Of a stretch of 64,000 nucleotides of DNA, positions 62,345-64,000 are shown one piece after another. Origin of the DNA: an uncultured delta proteobacterium (GTDB lineage: Bacteria > Desulfobacterota > RBG-13-43-22); the NCBI GenBank assembly GCA_963802945.1, contig CAWDKY010000015.1, positions 448,001 to 512,000 on the forward strand. Reading direction: 5' to 3'. A model generated the notes under the pieces. The model was not told the DNA's origin and made no database searches. It saw only the letters and a list, made by a program, of their open reading frames with translations. The position numbers were made by a program, and so were the translations under genes. Within the stretch, counting starts at the first letter, position 1. The number at the start of each line of letters is the position of its first letter.

Positions 62345-62845
62345 TCAATTCCTTCGCTTGGTCCGACCCCCTTTAATCCAAAACTTCCCTTGTGAAAAGG
62401 GGAGTCGCGCATTGATTTGAAAGGCGATTTCCTCCGGCAGCTTCAATTTTTTAATCATCCGCACACCTGGCCGCCACTGATACCGATTCAAATCAATGGT
62501 CCCATCCAGCCTAAATAAAACTCCTTCTTCTTCCAGCAAAACCCATTGCAATTCCCCGTGGCCAACCTTATAGGTCGAAATCCCGCCGTAATGATTAATG
62601 ACCCGCTGCCAGGGCACTACATGCCCATAAAAGAAGAGAACACGCCCTACTTGGCGCGCTGCTCTCGGTGTATCGGCCAGCAAGGCCACCTGCCCATAAG
62701 TCAGAACATGTCCGCGAGGGATGGCCCGTATAATCTCCAACACACGCTGCTGAAAAGAATTTATTGGTCGCTCCTGATTATTTATTTTCGGATGCCGTCT
62801 GCCCCGACTTTTTTTTAGGATAAAAAGTGGGGTGTTTTTTTTCAT
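62345..62845 (-). CDS. Alkyltransferase-like (MGMT/ATL family) protein
   Basis: IPRGHVLTYGQVA, AARQVG, VPWQRVIN (Trp in place of the catalytic Cys). Confidence 0.85.
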   Translation of the reverse strand: MKKNTPLFILKKSRGRRHPKINNQERPINSFQQRVLEIIRAIPRGHVLTYGQVALLADTPRAARQVGRVLFFYGHVVPWQRVINHYGGISTYKVGHGELQWVLLEEEGVLFRLDGTIDLNRYQWRPGVRMIKKLKLPEEIAFQINARLPFSQGKFWIKGGRTKRRN

Positions 62846-62952
62846 ACACCAAAATTATACAAAGATCTTGAACAAAAGCAAGGACAGCGGCCTACTGGTT
62901 TGGCAGTTTGGCAATAAAACAGGAAGGGCAGTGATATGGTAGTGATCAAAAA

Positions 62953-63114
62953 TCAAACCTCCTCTTCTTCCAACATAAGCTGATAGGCTTCACGGATATT
63001 TTCCTCTAACTCTTGAAGTGACTCTCCCTGACTGAAAACGCCGGGGACCTCTTTGAGCCTGCCCACATACCAGTTATCATCAACCCAATATTCCAAACTG
63101 AAAACCCTGTCCAT
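62953..63114 (-). CDS. hicB: HicB-family antitoxin, 53 aa (below ORF-track cutoff)
   Basis: MDRVFSLEYWVDDNWYVGRLKEVPGVFSQGESLQELEENIREAYQLMLEEEEV; GGAGGG RBS. Confidence 0.8.
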   Translation of the reverse strand: MDRVFSLEYWVDDNWYVGRLKEVPGVFSQGESLQELEENIREAYQLMLEEEEV

Positions 63115-63232
63115 TTTAATCCCTCCCTCCAATTTTATCTTATTCTAACGATAAAATTTTTTTAGCAAGACGAGAAAATTTCATAAATTCCTTTCTCCTG
63201 GTCCGCCCCCCATTAAAAATGGTTTTATGAGG

Positions 63233-63994
63233 TTAAAGATACCCGTAGGCTTCCCAGCCGCCGTCGATATTGACCACCGATCCCGTCATAAACCCGGCCT
63301 CATCGCTGGCCATGTAGACGGCCAGACCGAGCAGTTCCGGAACCTCGCCGATACGCCCCAGGGGTGTCCGCTTCTCGATGGCTCCGATGGGGAGCATGCC
63401 GCTTTCAATCACCTTGTCGACGAGTTCGGTGCGAAAGTATCCGGGCGCGATGGCATTGACCCGGATGTTCTTCTTGGCCCATTCGATCGCCAGGACTTTG
63501 GTCAGCATGTTCACGGCGGCCTTGCTGGCGCAATAACCCGCCCTTCCCGGCGCTGCCACGATGCCGTAAACGGAGCTGATATTGATGATGCATCCTCCTC
63601 CCTGAGGGATCATTCGGCGCGCCGCTGCCTGGCATCCGTAGAAGACTCCGGACAGGTCCGTATTGAGAGCCCGCTGCCAATCCTCGGGAGTAAGTTCTTC
63701 GGAGGGTCGGGCCATGGAGATCCCGGCGTTGTTGACCATAATATCCAGGCGGCCAAAATGGGCCCCGGTCTTCTCGACCAGGTTATTGACGCTTTCAGGG
63801 TTGGCCACATCTAATTCCACGGCCAGGGCACTTCCTCCTGCCCGGACAATCTGCTCGGAAATGGATGAGAGCAGGTCCATGGACCTGCTGGCGACAACAA
63901 CTGCCGCGCCCTCCTCGGCATACCGGACGGCGATCCCCTTTCCGATGCCTTTGCTGGCGCCGGTGATGACGGCGACCTTCCCTTTCAATTGCAT
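63233..63994 (-). CDS. Short-chain dehydrogenase/reductase (FabG-like)
   Basis: TGASKGIG, NNAG, YCASK, VNAIAPG. Confidence 0.93.
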   Translation of the reverse strand: MQLKGKVAVITGASKGIGKGIAVRYAEEGAAVVVASRSMDLLSSISEQIVRAGGSALAVELDVANPESVNNLVEKTGAHFGRLDIMVNNAGISMARPSEELTPEDWQRALNTDLSGVFYGCQAAARRMIPQGGGCIINISSVYGIVAAPGRAGYCASKAAVNMLTKVLAIEWAKKNIRVNAIAPGYFRTELVDKVIESGMLPIGAIEKRTPLGRIGEVPELLGLAVYMASDEAGFMTGSVVNIDGGWEAYGYL

Positions 63995-64000
63995 GTAAAA

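Overview
Chromosomal window from an anaerobic deltaproteobacterium (Desulfobacterota-like; inferred from gene content). Core blocks are radA, tRNA-Gly(CCC), rimP-nusA-ylxR-infB-DUF503-rbfA-truB-rpsO-pnp-M16 peptidase-dut, and a Wood-Ljungdahl CODH/ACS operon (acsD-cooS-acsB-acsC-acsE). Accessory content includes many acyl-CoA and Fe-S redox genes, PolX, a prenyltransferase-like/acyltransferase/B12-radical-SAM operon, an IS3 element with a 3-bp target duplication, and an AT-rich island (7.5-12.6 kb) with an unknown three-gene operon beside a BamHI-family restriction-modification system with C-protein and C-box. Main leads: (1) an in-frame UGA with a SECIS-like hairpin replaces the second Cys of the [4Fe-4S] motif (CxxUxxxC) of a molybdopterin oxidoreductase, a segment the ORF track misses; (2) the unannotated small protein + soluble protein + ~6-TM operon next to the RM locus is a candidate defence system; (3) several dispersed intergenic repeat families (heptamer-armed palindromes with a shared core, a 4-copy ~100-bp element, MITEs with nested mini-palindromes, remnants resembling REP-associated tyrosine transposases) bracket cargo genes. 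About nine gene breaks, and the apparent PNPase-M16 fusion, each resolve by removing one base from a homopolymer, so they are most likely assembly errors. Family calls come from motif recognition by eye; no searches were run.
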